Shown: positions 9,847 through 18,883 of the stretch, one piece after another
Position numbering within the stretch: position 1 is the first letter of the stretch
How the letters are laid out: the number at the start of each line of letters is the position of its first letter
Source: Clostridia bacterium
GTDB taxonomy: Bacteria > Bacillota > Clostridia > UMGS1883
Direction: 5' to 3'
Length of the DNA stretch: 64,000 nucleotides
Assembly (NCBI GenBank): GCA_017451505.1
Contig: JAFTOF010000027.1
Location: forward strand, 26,462-90,461
Program-made: the position numbers and the translations under genes
Notes under the pieces: model-generated
Databases searched by the model: none
Told to the model about the DNA's origin: nothing
What the model saw: the letters and a program-made list of their open reading frames with translations, nothing else

Positions 9847-11036
9847 ATCTATTTATGTCTTTCAAAATGGCACTCAGCAGTATTCTCAGTTCAAAGGTTC
9901 GTTCCTTTCTGACTATGCTGGGTATAATAATCGGCGTTGCCGCAGTTATTATTCTTGTAAATATGGTAACGGCAACCACCCTCGACATGCGTAATCAGCT
10001 TGAAAGCATGGGAACAAATCTTATAAATGTAAATATAAGGCGAGGCGGCTGGGGAATGACCAGAAGCGTCAGCGTGGAGGAAATAGAAAAAATTGCCCAA
10101 AACAATCAGGATAGCATTAAATATATAACCCCCGTTGTTAGCTCCAATGCAACCGTAAAATACGGAAACAGTAACGCCTCCACCTCGCTTAGCGGAGTAA
10201 ATGAACATTATGGAACAATCCGCAACCGCGGGATTGACAGCGGAAGATTTATAACAACCGACGATGTGGATAACCGCAAATCCGTTGCGGTTATAGGTGC
10301 ATATGTGGCAAGCACGCTTTTCGGCACGCAGGACCCTTTGGGACAACAGATAAAAATAAATAACGAGCTTTTCACCGTGGTGGGAATCCTTACGGCGAAA
10401 TCCTCGAATATTTCTCAGGGCGGCGAGGATGATACGGTAATCATCCCTTATTCCAGAGCAACACGCCTTATCAGGAATGCAAACATTACCTCCTTTGCAG
10501 TTTCTGCAAAAAGTGCCGAAACAATGACTGCAGCAACAGAGGCGATTGAAACGTTTTTATACCAGAAGTTTAAGTCTGAAAATTCCTACACTGTTACAAA
10601 TCAGGCGGCACAGATTGAAACCGTCGACGATGCACTGAGCTCCATGACAATGCTCATGGCAGGCATTGCAGGCATTTCCCTTATCGTAGGCGGCATAGGT
10701 ATCATGAATATTATGCTTGTTACGGTGACGGAAAGAACACGCGAAATTGGCATCAGGAAGGCAATCGGAGCAAAAACAAGGTCTATCCTTATCCAGTTCC
10801 TTATTGAATCGGCAGTTGTAAGCTGCCTTGGAGGTATTCTTGGAATTGGACTTGGCATCGTGGGCAGTTATTTCACCAGCACAAGTATGGGAATGCCGAC
10901 GGTGCCGCTATCGGAGCAGACAACAGTAATTCTCGGCTCATTCATTTTCTCTGCGGCAATAGGAATCTTTTTCGGGCTTTACCCTGCAAGAAAAGCGGCA
11001 AAGCTTAATCCTATCGAAGCATTGAGATTTGAATAA
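9843..11036 (+). CDS. ABC transporter permease (MacB_PCD + FtsX domain)
   Basis: 397 aa. An N-terminal TM, a large extracytoplasmic domain and three C-terminal TMs with an RTREIGIRKAIGA motif. ATGA start/stop overlap with the ATPase gene. Confidence 0.9.
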   Translation: MNLFMSFKMALSSILSSKVRSFLTMLGIIIGVAAVIILVNMVTATTLDMRNQLESMGTNLINVNIRRGGWGMTRSVSVEEIEKIAQNNQDSIKYITPVVSSNATVKYGNSNASTSLSGVNEHYGTIRNRGIDSGRFITTDDVDNRKSVAVIGAYVASTLFGTQDPLGQQIKINNELFTVVGILTAKSSNISQGGEDDTVIIPYSRATRLIRNANITSFAVSAKSAETMTAATEAIETFLYQKFKSENSYTVTNQAAQIETVDDALSSMTMLMAGIAGISLIVGGIGIMNIMLVTVTERTREIGIRKAIGAKTRSILIQFLIESAVVSCLGGILGIGLGIVGSYFTSTSMGMPTVPLSEQTTVILGSFIFSAAIGIFFGLYPARKAAKLNPIEALRFE

Positions 11037-11051
11037 GGGAAAGGAACGAGT

Positions 11052-13334
11052 ATGATGAAAACAAAAATAACAGCACTTATAACAGCCTTAATGATGCTTA
11101 TAAATATCGGTGCATTTGCCGCATTTGATGATATAAACGTCAATACAGGCGTGGGAAATGCCGTAAAACAGCTTGTGCAGCTTGGGATAATAAACGGCTA
11201 TCCCGACGGCACATTCAGACCCGAGGATACTTTAACCAGAGGTCAGTTTGCAAAAATAGCCGTATGTATGCTGGGTGAAGAACAACAGGCTCAATCACGC
11301 AGTGCAAACGCCATTTTCAGCGATGTTCCCACAGACCATTGGGCAAGCGGATATATTAATTACATCGCGGAGCATCAGATAATAAACGGCTATCCCGACG
11401 GCACTTTTGGAGCAGAGGACACCATTAATTACGCTCAGGTACTTACCATTCTTATAAGGCTTTTAGGGTACACGGGCGAGGACGTTGCATATAAATGGCC
11501 CGATGGTTATATTAGTAAGGCACAGTCACTTGGAATTACAAGCGGCATATCCTTTGGAACATACGAAAATATCACACGGGGCAATGCGGCGTATGTGATA
11601 TATAATACCCTCCTTGCCGATAAAAAAGAGGGTTCCTCTCTTTCGCTATTAAGCTCCTCATCCGTAAAGGATGTTGTAATTTACGCTGACAACAGTATCA
11701 ATGCATCTCTTGCAATCGGAAATATCGAAACAACAAACGGAGTATATAAGCTTGCCGATAACTCAAATATAACCTCCGAGGTTTACGGCAGATTAGGTAC
11801 ATTATATCTGGACGGCGAAAAGAGGGCAACCGCATTTGTTCCCGAAAACGAAACCGTAAGAAGCGTTACCCTTTCAAGTGCCACAGTAAGCGGAGACGGC
11901 AAAAGGGTGGAAATTGGCTTTACGGAAAACACAGCAGCAAAATCTGAAAGCCTTTCGGGAAGTGCACCCGTTTATTACGAGGGCAAAGCCTCAACTCTTT
12001 CCCAAAGTGCAGCAAAGATTGAGCCGGGCAGTGAGGCACTCCTTCTTTATGCAAATGACGGCAGCTTTGCACGAATGTATTTAAAGGAAAGCACTCTTTC
12101 AGGACCAAGAACTGTTGCCACTGGTTATTCGCAGATTTATTCTTTCTTTAACATTGTAAACAGCACTGCAATGAAAGTAATCCGCGACGGAAAAAACGCA
12201 TCTCTTTCCGAAATTCAGGCATATGATGTCGTGTATTATATGGCAGGCAATAATACCCTTTACGCGTATACCGATAAGGCAAGCGGTGTTTATGAGGAAG
12301 CATATCCCCTTAAGTCAAACGTTACAAGCGTAAAAGTAGGTGGCAAGGAATACCCCCTCGCCACCCAAACGGCGATTGGGAAAATGAATACCTCCGATGG
12401 TGCATTTGAACTTGGAGACCGAGTTACATTGCTCTTTGGAAGAAACGGCGAGGTTGTGGATGTAGTAAACCTTGCAGCGGTGGGAAGCCTTGACTTGGTT
12501 GTACTGACAAAAAGCTACAAGGAAGTATCACAGGAAACTGATACTTTGGGGAAGACCACTAACTATATTACGGTAGTCCTTCCCGACGGAGGCGAGGTTA
12601 CCTACGAAGCGGACCGCGACTATAGCGACTATGTAGGAAACGTGATGAAAGTTAAGTACGAAAATGATGTAGCAAAGCTTACCGTAGTACCGCATACAAA
12701 TATTTACGGTAAATTTGATTCTTCAATACCGTCGTTGGGAGAATATTGGCTTTCGGAAAATTGTGCGATTCTGGAGCTTGTGAAAAATTCTGCAGGTGGT
12801 GCAACGGTAAAGAAAATTGAGCTTCGTGACATCGTCACCGACAGCCTTACCAAAAATCAGGTTATTCATGCCGAAATGAGCGGAGCACTTAAGGACATTA
12901 CCTTCCTTTACGTGACCGATGTCACAAAAACTGATGCAGACTTCGGCGTGGTAACTGAGGTGAATAATAATAAGTACACCATCCTGATTGGAGAAAAGAC
13001 CACGCAAATTGAAACGGCAGTGAAGCTCGAACGAGGCTGCGGTGTGGAAATTCAGCAGACAAGCGACGGGCAGATTGCAAAAAGGCTTACAAACGTAGGC
13101 ACGGCATCAAAGATAGAAGGCTATAGCGGCGGCAGAATCCGTATAAACGGAAAGAACTATATCCTCAGTGACTATGTAAAAGTTTACGGAGGAACCTATG
13201 CAAACACCTACACCTCTATGTCTTTGTCGGAGCTTGCAAACGGGGATAACATTCAGCACGTTACTCTGTATTCTGACAGGTCGCTTTCAAGCGGCGGTAT
13301 CGTAAGGGTAATTGTAGTCAAGACGAAAAACTAA
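11052..13334 (+). CDS. SLH-domain cell-wall-anchored protein of unknown function
   Basis: Signal peptide, then SLH repeats (GYPDGTFRPEDTLTRGQFA; DHWASGYINY..INGYPDGTFGAED), then about 560 aa of beta-rich sequence with no motif I recognise. It starts 16 nt after the permease gene. Confidence 0.8.
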   Translation: MMKTKITALITALMMLINIGAFAAFDDINVNTGVGNAVKQLVQLGIINGYPDGTFRPEDTLTRGQFAKIAVCMLGEEQQAQSRSANAIFSDVPTDHWASGYINYIAEHQIINGYPDGTFGAEDTINYAQVLTILIRLLGYTGEDVAYKWPDGYISKAQSLGITSGISFGTYENITRGNAAYVIYNTLLADKKEGSSLSLLSSSSVKDVVIYADNSINASLAIGNIETTNGVYKLADNSNITSEVYGRLGTLYLDGEKRATAFVPENETVRSVTLSSATVSGDGKRVEIGFTENTAAKSESLSGSAPVYYEGKASTLSQSAAKIEPGSEALLLYANDGSFARMYLKESTLSGPRTVATGYSQIYSFFNIVNSTAMKVIRDGKNASLSEIQAYDVVYYMAGNNTLYAYTDKASGVYEEAYPLKSNVTSVKVGGKEYPLATQTAIGKMNTSDGAFELGDRVTLLFGRNGEVVDVVNLAAVGSLDLVVLTKSYKEVSQETDTLGKTTNYITVVLPDGGEVTYEADRDYSDYVGNVMKVKYENDVAKLTVVPHTNIYGKFDSSIPSLGEYWLSENCAILELVKNSAGGATVKKIELRDIVTDSLTKNQVIHAEMSGALKDITFLYVTDVTKTDADFGVVTEVNNNKYTILIGEKTTQIETAVKLERGCGVEIQQTSDGQIAKRLTNVGTASKIEGYSGGRIRINGKNYILSDYVKVYGGTYANTYTSMSLSELANGDNIQHVTLYSDRSLSSGGIVRVIVVKTKN

Positions 13335-13350
13335 ACAGGTAATAAAAAAA

Positions 13351-13387
13351 GAGCAGGCACCCACTAACGCGGATGCCTGTTCTTTTT
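13351..13387. terminator. Bidirectional intrinsic terminator hairpin (copy 1 of a duplicated hairpin)
   Basis: gagcaggcaccc / gggatgcctgttc-type 12-bp stem with one mismatch. An A-run lies upstream and TTTTT downstream. Confidence 0.7.
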
Positions 13388-13592
13388 GGCACTCACTGCC
13401 CTCACAGGGTTCGAATCCGGGATTCTACCCGTTTGCGGTGCCCGACATATGTCTGCGGTGACAAATCACCTTGCCATCTGTCGACCGCTGCACAACCCTG
13501 CACCTTCCCTTTATCCGTCACAGGCGGCGGTCAGGCTCGGTTCCCCCTCCCCACGGGTCGTGGCTTCGAATCCCTTTCGTTTCAAGCAAAAA
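13388..13592. ncRNA. Unassigned GC-rich structured region (candidate ncRNA, class unknown)
   Basis: About 205 nt, visibly more GC-rich than the AT-rich intergenic DNA nearby. No plausible ORF. Many local hairpins (ccacg-acc-cgtgg, ggtga-tttg-tcacc, ggca-ctcac-tgcc) and it is bracketed by two homologous terminator hairpins. Strand is undetermined. Confidence 0.3.
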
Positions 13593-13630
13593 GAAACAGA
13601 CACCCACTGACGTGAATGTCTGTTCTTTTT
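13593..13630. terminator. Terminator-like hairpin (copy 2), immediately 3' of tRNA-Arg
   Basis: acagaca/tgtctgt stem flanked by an A-run and a T-run. About 38 of 45 positions match copy 1, with a G-C to A-T compensatory pair. Confidence 0.6.
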
Positions 13631-13706
13631 GGCGTGCTTGGAGGGATTCGAACCCCCGACCCTTTGGTTCGTAGCCAAATACTCTATCCAACTGAGCTAC
13701 AAGCAC
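13630..13706 (-). tRNA. tRNA-Arg (anticodon ACG), CCA encoded
   Basis: The reverse complement folds into a full cloverleaf. Acceptor is GTGCTTG/CAAGCAC, anticodon stem TTTGG/CCAAA with loop CTACGAA, T-arm GGGGG-TTCGAAT-CCCTC, then discriminator G and CCA. Confidence 0.95.
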
Positions 13707-13804
13707 ATATCCCAAACGCATTGACTATAATAACACACAAATTCGAAAAAAGCAAGACTTATTTTTCAAAATTTTAAATTTTATTATACTTTGCTCTATT
13801 TCAA

Positions 13805-13834
13805 TTGACAAAAGGTTTCCTGTAATGATATACT
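13805..13834 (+). promoter_or_regulatory. Sigma-A type promoter for metY-metA
   Basis: TTGACA, an 18-nt spacer, then TGaTATACT (extended -10). Confidence 0.6.
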
Positions 13835-13881
13835 AACATAATATAATGGAAAGAATTTTTTCTCAGAAAGAGGTAATGACA

Positions 13882-15165
13882 ATGAAGGACTACAAAATCG
13901 GTACCAAATGTATTCAGGCAGGCTACACCCCCAAAAACGGTGAACCTCGTCAGATTCCCATTTATCAGAGTACTACTTTTAAATATGATACAAGCGAAGA
14001 AATGGGTAAGCTTTTTGACCTTGAAGCTTCAGGATATTTCTACAGCCGACTTCAGAACCCTACCAATGATTGTGTTGCAGCACGAATTGCAGCTCTTGAG
14101 GGCGGCACAGCGGCAATGCTTACATCAAGCGGTCAGGCAGCATCGTTTTACAGCGTGTTCAATATTGCTTCCTGCGGAGACCATGTAGTTTCTTCTTCAG
14201 CAATTTACGGAGGTACATTTAACCTCTTTGCCGTTACAATGAAGCGTATGGGTATTGATTTCACTTTTGTAGCTCCCGATTGCACAGACGAGGAATTGGA
14301 GGCGGCTTTCCGTCCCAATACAAAAGCAGTGTTCGGAGAGACTATTGCAAACCCTGCTCTTGATGTGCTTGATATCGAGCGTTTTGCCAATGCTGCACAC
14401 GAACACGGAGTTCCGCTTATTATAGACAACACCTTTGCCACTCCCATAAACTGCCGTCCTATTGAGTGGGGGGCTGATATTGTAACTCATTCCACAACAA
14501 AGTATATGGACGGTCATGCAAGCGGCGTGGGCGGATGTATTGTAGACAGCGGAAAATTCGACTGGACAAAATATCCCGATAAATTCCCCGGACTTTGCAC
14601 TCCTGACGATAGCTATCACGGCGTAACATATACCGAGAGATTCGGTCTTGAGGGTGCATATATCACAAAGGCTACGGCACAGCTCATGCGTGACCTCGGC
14701 TCTATTCAGGCACCGCAGAACGCATATCTTATCAACCTCGGTCTTGAGAGCTTGCAGGTAAGAATGGCTCGCCACTGCGAAAATGCACAGGCAGTTGCCG
14801 AATATGTGAAGGAACACGAAAAAATTGCGTGGGTTCGTTACTGCGGACTTGAAGGCGACAAGAATTACGAGCTTGGACAAAAATATCTTCCCAATGGCTC
14901 CTGCGGCGTAATTTCCTTTGGCGTTAAGGGCGGAAGATTGGCGGCAGAAAAATTCATGAAAAATCTTAAACTTGCTTCCATCGAAACCCATGTAGCAGAT
15001 TCCAAAACCTGCTGCTTGCACCCTGCAAATGCAACTCACCGCCAGATGAATGATGACGAGCTTCGTGCGGCAGGTGTAGCTCCCGACCTTATCCGCTTCT
15101 CCTGCGGACTTGAGGAAAAGGAGGATATCATCGCCGATATTGCACAGGCACTTGAAACCATATAA
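13882..15165 (+). CDS. metY: O-acetylhomoserine sulfhydrylase (PLP-dependent)
   Basis: Cys/Met-metabolism PLP family with an STTKYMDGH lysine motif. GAGG lies 8 nt before the ATG at 13882; the track ORF starts at 13846. Confidence 0.9.
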   Translation: MKDYKIGTKCIQAGYTPKNGEPRQIPIYQSTTFKYDTSEEMGKLFDLEASGYFYSRLQNPTNDCVAARIAALEGGTAAMLTSSGQAASFYSVFNIASCGDHVVSSSAIYGGTFNLFAVTMKRMGIDFTFVAPDCTDEELEAAFRPNTKAVFGETIANPALDVLDIERFANAAHEHGVPLIIDNTFATPINCRPIEWGADIVTHSTTKYMDGHASGVGGCIVDSGKFDWTKYPDKFPGLCTPDDSYHGVTYTERFGLEGAYITKATAQLMRDLGSIQAPQNAYLINLGLESLQVRMARHCENAQAVAEYVKEHEKIAWVRYCGLEGDKNYELGQKYLPNGSCGVISFGVKGGRLAAEKFMKNLKLASIETHVADSKTCCLHPANATHRQMNDDELRAAGVAPDLIRFSCGLEEKEDIIADIAQALETI

Positions 15166-15184
15166 ACCCAAGGAGGGATAGAAT

Positions 15185-16102
15185 ATGCCCATTAAAATTC
15201 CCGACAGACTTCCTGCGGCAAAAACCCTTGCCGAGGAGAATATATTTGTAATGCCTCAAAAGCGTGCGGCAACACAGGACATCAGACCGCTGAGGATAGG
15301 CATACTGAATTTAATGCCCACTAAAATCGAAACGGAAACTCAGCTTGCACGGCTTTTGGGAAATACGCCGCTTCAGGTAGAGGTTGAGCTTATTCAGGTC
15401 AGCACTCATAAAGCGAAAAATGTTTCTGCAGAACATATGCTGGCTTTTTATAAAACCTTTGACGAAATCAAGGATCAGAAGTTTGACGGTTTTGTAATCA
15501 CGGGTGCTCCCGTTGAAAAATTGGAATTTGAAGAAGTGGACTATTGGGAAGAGCTTTGCACCATTATGGAATGGACGAAAACCAATGTTCATTCCACATT
15601 CCATATTTGCTGGGGTGCACAGGCGGCACTTTACTATCATTTCGGAATAAAAAAATATCCTTTGGAGGAAAAGCTTTCGGGAGTATATAAGCATCGCGTG
15701 GTTTATAAAAATCCTATGCTCATGCGTGGCTTTGATGATGAATTTATGGTTCCTCATTCAAGGCACACCACCGTCCGCATTGAGGATGTAAAAAAGTGCA
15801 AAGACATTAAAATCCTTTCTGTTTCCGATAAGGCAGGGCTTTACGCAGCGGCAACAGCCAAGGGAAAGCAGATTTTCATCACAGGTCACAGTGAGTATGA
15901 CCGCGACACTCTGAAAAAAGAATATCTGCGTGACGAGGCGGCTGGTATGAATCCCAAGGTCCCCGAAAATTACTTCCCCGATGATGACCCGACAAAGGAC
16001 CCCATCGTAACATGGCGAGGTCATGCCAACCTTATTTATTCCAACTGGCTTAACTATTTTGTATATCAGAGCACACCCTTTGATATATCCGAAATCAAAT
16101 AG
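15185..16102 (+). CDS. metA: Homoserine O-acyltransferase (MetA family)
   Basis: 305 aa. MPIKIPDxLPA N-terminus and [10 protein letters not shown] active-site region typical of MetA. Confidence 0.9.
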   Translation: MPIKIPDRLPAAKTLAEENIFVMPQKRAATQDIRPLRIGILNLMPTKIETETQLARLLGNTPLQVEVELIQVSTHKAKNVSAEHMLAFYKTFDEIKDQKFDGFVITGAPVEKLEFEEVDYWEELCTIMEWTKTNVHSTFHICWGAQAALYYHFGIKKYPLEEKLSGVYKHRVVYKNPMLMRGFDDEFMVPHSRHTTVRIEDVKKCKDIKILSVSDKAGLYAAATAKGKQIFITGHSEYDRDTLKKEYLRDEAAGMNPKVPENYFPDDDPTKDPIVTWRGHANLIYSNWLNYFVYQSTPFDISEIK

Positions 16103-16117
16103 ATAAAACACCACCAC

Positions 16118-16145
16118 TTGACAAAAAATAAATATGTGCTATAAT
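16118..16145 (+). promoter_or_regulatory. Sigma-A type promoter upstream of the CNNM/CorC gene
   Basis: TTGACA, a 16-nt spacer, then TGcTATAAT. Confidence 0.55.
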
Positions 16146-16146
16146 G

Positions 16147-16186
16147 TAGCCGTAGGATTATGTCCTGCGGCTATATTTTATTTTTT
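16147..16186 (+). terminator. Intrinsic terminator of metY-metA
   Basis: tagccgtagga / tcctgcggcta 11-bp stem followed by TATTTTATTTTTT. Confidence 0.65.
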
Positions 16187-16204
16187 AAAGGAGTGATTGT
16201 CCTA

Positions 16205-17482
16205 ATGGACGGGAGTAGTATACCGATATTTGTACTGCTACTAATCGTGCTGATTATGTTATCGGCATATTTCAGCGCATCGGAGACGGCGTTTTCGTCG
16301 TACAATCGTGTGAGGATGAAGAGCGAAGCGGAGGATAAAAAAGGAAAGAAAGCCCGCCGTGTTCTTATGCTCAGCGAAAATTATGAGAAGCTTATCTCAA
16401 CTATACTTATCGGCAATAACATTGTAAACATAGTTGCAACCTCTATTGCAACATTGCTTTTCACGCATCTTTTGCCGGATAATGAGGCAATGGCAGCCAC
16501 CGTTTCAACCGTTGTAATGACCCTTGCAGTCCTTATTTTTGGCGAAATCACGCCCAAGACCATTGCAAAGCGTACAGCGGACGGCTTTAGTAAAAAGGTT
16601 GTGGGAAGCCTCAGCTTTCTTACCATGCTGTTCACCCCTCTTACCGCAATTTTTAACCTGTGGCAAAGGTTTGTTATGAGCTTTGTCAAGGGAACTGATG
16701 ACGATAGCGTCACGGAAGATGAAATCATCACCGTTGTTGAAGAGGCGGCAGAAGACGGCGAAATTGACGAACAGGAAAGCGAATTAATAAAGAACGTAAT
16801 CAAGTTCAGTGACCTTGATGTTAATGATATTCTTACACCGCGTGTAGACGTTGCCGCCGTGGATATTTCATGGGACAGGGAGCGTATTTCCAAGGTGTTT
16901 GCGGAAACGGAATTTTCCCGTCTTCCCATTTATGAAGAAAACATCGATAATATTGTGGGCATACTCTATCAGAAGGATTTTTCAAATCATTCCGATACAG
17001 ATGTGTCCAAGCTTGTAAAGCCCGTTAAATTTATTTTCTCCTCCATGAAAATTTCAAGGCTTCTTAAGCTTTTCCAGGAAAGTAAGTGCCATATGGTTGT
17101 CGTAAATGATGAGTACGGCGGCACGGAAGGTATTGTTACTCTGGAGGACGTTATAGAATCCCTCGTTGGAGAAATCTATGACGAGCATGACGAAGTGGTG
17201 GAAGATATCGTGAAGCTTTCCGAGGATAGATTCCGTGTGCTTGGAAGCACAAGCATTGATAAATTCATGGAATTTTTCTCTCTTGAACAGGAGGAAGGCG
17301 AGGACGATTCGGATATTACCACCGTAAGCGGCTTTGCAGCACATAATCTCGAGAAAATCCCCGATCAGGGCGATCGTTTTGAATACGAAAACTTAAAAAT
17401 TGTTATTACAAAGACAGACAGTAACCGAGTAGTCGAATCTGTGGTAACGGTTTTCCCAAAAGAACCGGAGCCTGAGGAGTGA
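16205..17482 (+). CDS. CNNM/CorC-HlyC family membrane protein (DUF21 + CBS pair + CorC_HlyC)
   Basis: N-terminal TM domain with FGEITPKT, tandem CBS region, and a C-terminal transporter-associated domain. AAAGGAG lies 11 nt before the ATG at 16205. Confidence 0.85.
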   Translation: MDGSSIPIFVLLLIVLIMLSAYFSASETAFSSYNRVRMKSEAEDKKGKKARRVLMLSENYEKLISTILIGNNIVNIVATSIATLLFTHLLPDNEAMAATVSTVVMTLAVLIFGEITPKTIAKRTADGFSKKVVGSLSFLTMLFTPLTAIFNLWQRFVMSFVKGTDDDSVTEDEIITVVEEAAEDGEIDEQESELIKNVIKFSDLDVNDILTPRVDVAAVDISWDRERISKVFAETEFSRLPIYEENIDNIVGILYQKDFSNHSDTDVSKLVKPVKFIFSSMKISRLLKLFQESKCHMVVVNDEYGGTEGIVTLEDVIESLVGEIYDEHDEVVEDIVKLSEDRFRVLGSTSIDKFMEFFSLEQEEGEDDSDITTVSGFAAHNLEKIPDQGDRFEYENLKIVITKTDSNRVVESVVTVFPKEPEPEE

Positions 17483-17519
17483 TATTATTAAAAGGTTTTT
17501 TAAATTTATATTCGATGTA

Positions 17520-18311
17520 ATGTCCTCCTCAAAAAAGGACAGCATCGGTGCATACACTGCAAATGCAGCGTTCTTCATCACTGTTTCGTTTATACCTTTT
17601 ATAATGCTGCTTATAAGCATACTGCGATTTTTGCCTTTGGGCGAAATTCAGATGATTGAGCAGGTGGCATCAATTTTCCCTGCGGCGGCAAAGGATATTG
17701 CATCCACAATAGTAGCGGAATCGTATGATAAGGGCGGCAGTGCCGTGATTTCTATTGCGGCGGTAACAACGCTCTGGGCGGCTTCGGTAGGAATACATTC
17801 CCTTTCCAAAGGAATAGACCGCATTTATAATTCGGACAAACCCAACAGTATTATTAAGCTTCGCCTTAAAAGCATGCTTTATACTCTTGCAGTATTTGCC
17901 GTTATAATTTTTTGGTTAGGACTGTTGGTTTTTGGCGATAATGTAAGTGTGGCAATGGTCAGAAGATTCCCCGCTCTTTCACCGGTGGTAAATATCCTTG
18001 GGCATATGGTCGGATTTTGGGCGTTTTTGGTACTTACGCTATTCTTTCTTGCCATGTACACTGTAATCCCCTCTAAAAAAGTCCGCTTCATTGCACAGAT
18101 TCCCGGGGCTTTAATCAGCGGCGTGGGATGTATTGGAATTTCAAGGTTTTTCACTCATTATTATGGCGATGTTTTGGGGTTCTCATCAGTTTACGGCGGA
18201 CTTACCATTTTGGTTTTCTTCATGTTATGGCTGTTCTTTTGCCTGTACTCTCTTTTCATAGGTGCAGAGGTTAATAAGTGCATGGGTGAAAGATTAGAAT
18301 CAGAAATTTAA
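17520..18311 (+). CDS. YihY/BrkB family membrane protein (start uncertain, possibly upstream non-ATG)
   Basis: Multi-TM protein with an AFFITVSFIPF motif typical of the family. See the finding on a possible ATT start at 17484/17487. Confidence 0.8.
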   Translation: MSSSKKDSIGAYTANAAFFITVSFIPFIMLLISILRFLPLGEIQMIEQVASIFPAAAKDIASTIVAESYDKGGSAVISIAAVTTLWAASVGIHSLSKGIDRIYNSDKPNSIIKLRLKSMLYTLAVFAVIIFWLGLLVFGDNVSVAMVRRFPALSPVVNILGHMVGFWAFLVLTLFFLAMYTVIPSKKVRFIAQIPGALISGVGCIGISRFFTHYYGDVLGFSSVYGGLTILVFFMLWLFFCLYSLFIGAEVNKCMGERLESEI

Positions 18312-18321
18312 AAATAACTCT

Positions 18322-18350
18322 TTGACAAAAAATCTCAAAAGTGGTATAAT
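18322..18350 (+). promoter_or_regulatory. Near-consensus sigma-A promoter for carD-ispDF
   Basis: TTGACA, a 17-nt spacer, then TGgTATAAT. Confidence 0.6.
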
Positions 18351-18383
18351 AATTGTAGAAACTTAGGAAATCGGAGGCGTGCC

Positions 18384-18878
18384 ATGTACAAGATTGGTGA
18401 CAGCGTTGTGTATCCTATGCATGGCGCAGGGGTCATAGAGGATATTGAACAAAAGGAAATTTTAGGTAAAATGCAGTCGTATTATGTCATGCGTATGCCT
18501 ATCGGAGATATGAAGGTTATGGTCCCAATGGATAACGCCGTGGAAATCGGAATGCGTGATGTTATTTGTAAGGCTCAGGCGGAAAAGGTGCTTGAGAGCT
18601 TCCGCACCTCCGAAACCGATGTTATACAAAACTGGAGCAAGCGTTTCCGTGATAACATGGGCAGGATAAAGAGTGGAGATATTTTTGAGGTCTCAAGTGT
18701 TGTTAAGAGCCTTATGCTGCGTGACCGCCAGAAGGGGCTCAGCACAGGTGAGCGGAAAATGCTCTCCAACGCAAAGCAGATTCTGATTAGCGAAATCGTA
18801 GTGGCAACAGGTATTACACACGACGAAATAGAACAAAGGCTCGCCGATATGATTGACGAGGAACTTAGTCAAGGTTAA
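18384..18878 (+). CDS. carD: CarD/CdnL family transcriptional regulator
   Basis: [23 protein letters not shown]-terminus (CarD_CdnL_TRCF RNAP-interaction domain); 164 aa. Confidence 0.85.
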   Translation: MYKIGDSVVYPMHGAGVIEDIEQKEILGKMQSYYVMRMPIGDMKVMVPMDNAVEIGMRDVICKAQAEKVLESFRTSETDVIQNWSKRFRDNMGRIKSGDIFEVSSVVKSLMLRDRQKGLSTGERKMLSNAKQILISEIVVATGITHDEIEQRLADMIDEELSQG

Positions 18879-18883
18879 TGAAT

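Noticed and set aside
13388-13592. Tried to read the unassigned GC-rich region as a second tRNA, tRNA-Sec, tmRNA, SRP RNA, a cobalamin riboswitch or 5S rRNA.
   Set aside because: There is no 7-bp acceptor pairing, and the T-arm-like TTCGAAT motifs have only 2-bp stems. There is no GGAA tetraloop / AGCA helix-8 motif, no tmRNA GGGG...ACCA ends and no B12 box. On the minus strand no downstream gene exists for a riboswitch to regulate. It is kept only as an unclassified candidate.
13707-13881. Looked for a SAM (S-box) riboswitch or Met T-box upstream of metY-metA.
   Set aside because: The promoter at 13805-13834 leaves a leader of only about 40 nt with no conserved riboswitch helices. Regulation, if any, must work by another route.
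14197-15192. A 331-aa ORF antisense to metY. Similar long antisense ORFs lie at 21841-22458, 23221-23976, 32216-32929, 36224-36847, 40784-41413, 19286-19828, 20659-21216, 28712-29272, 30256-30807 and 39175-39747.
   Set aside because: Each lies entirely within, and opposite to, a gene with strong family motifs. Their translations are Cys-, Phe- and Ile-rich with no recognisable motifs and no SD. They are expected by-products of codon bias that avoids TTA, CTA and TCA on the sense strand.
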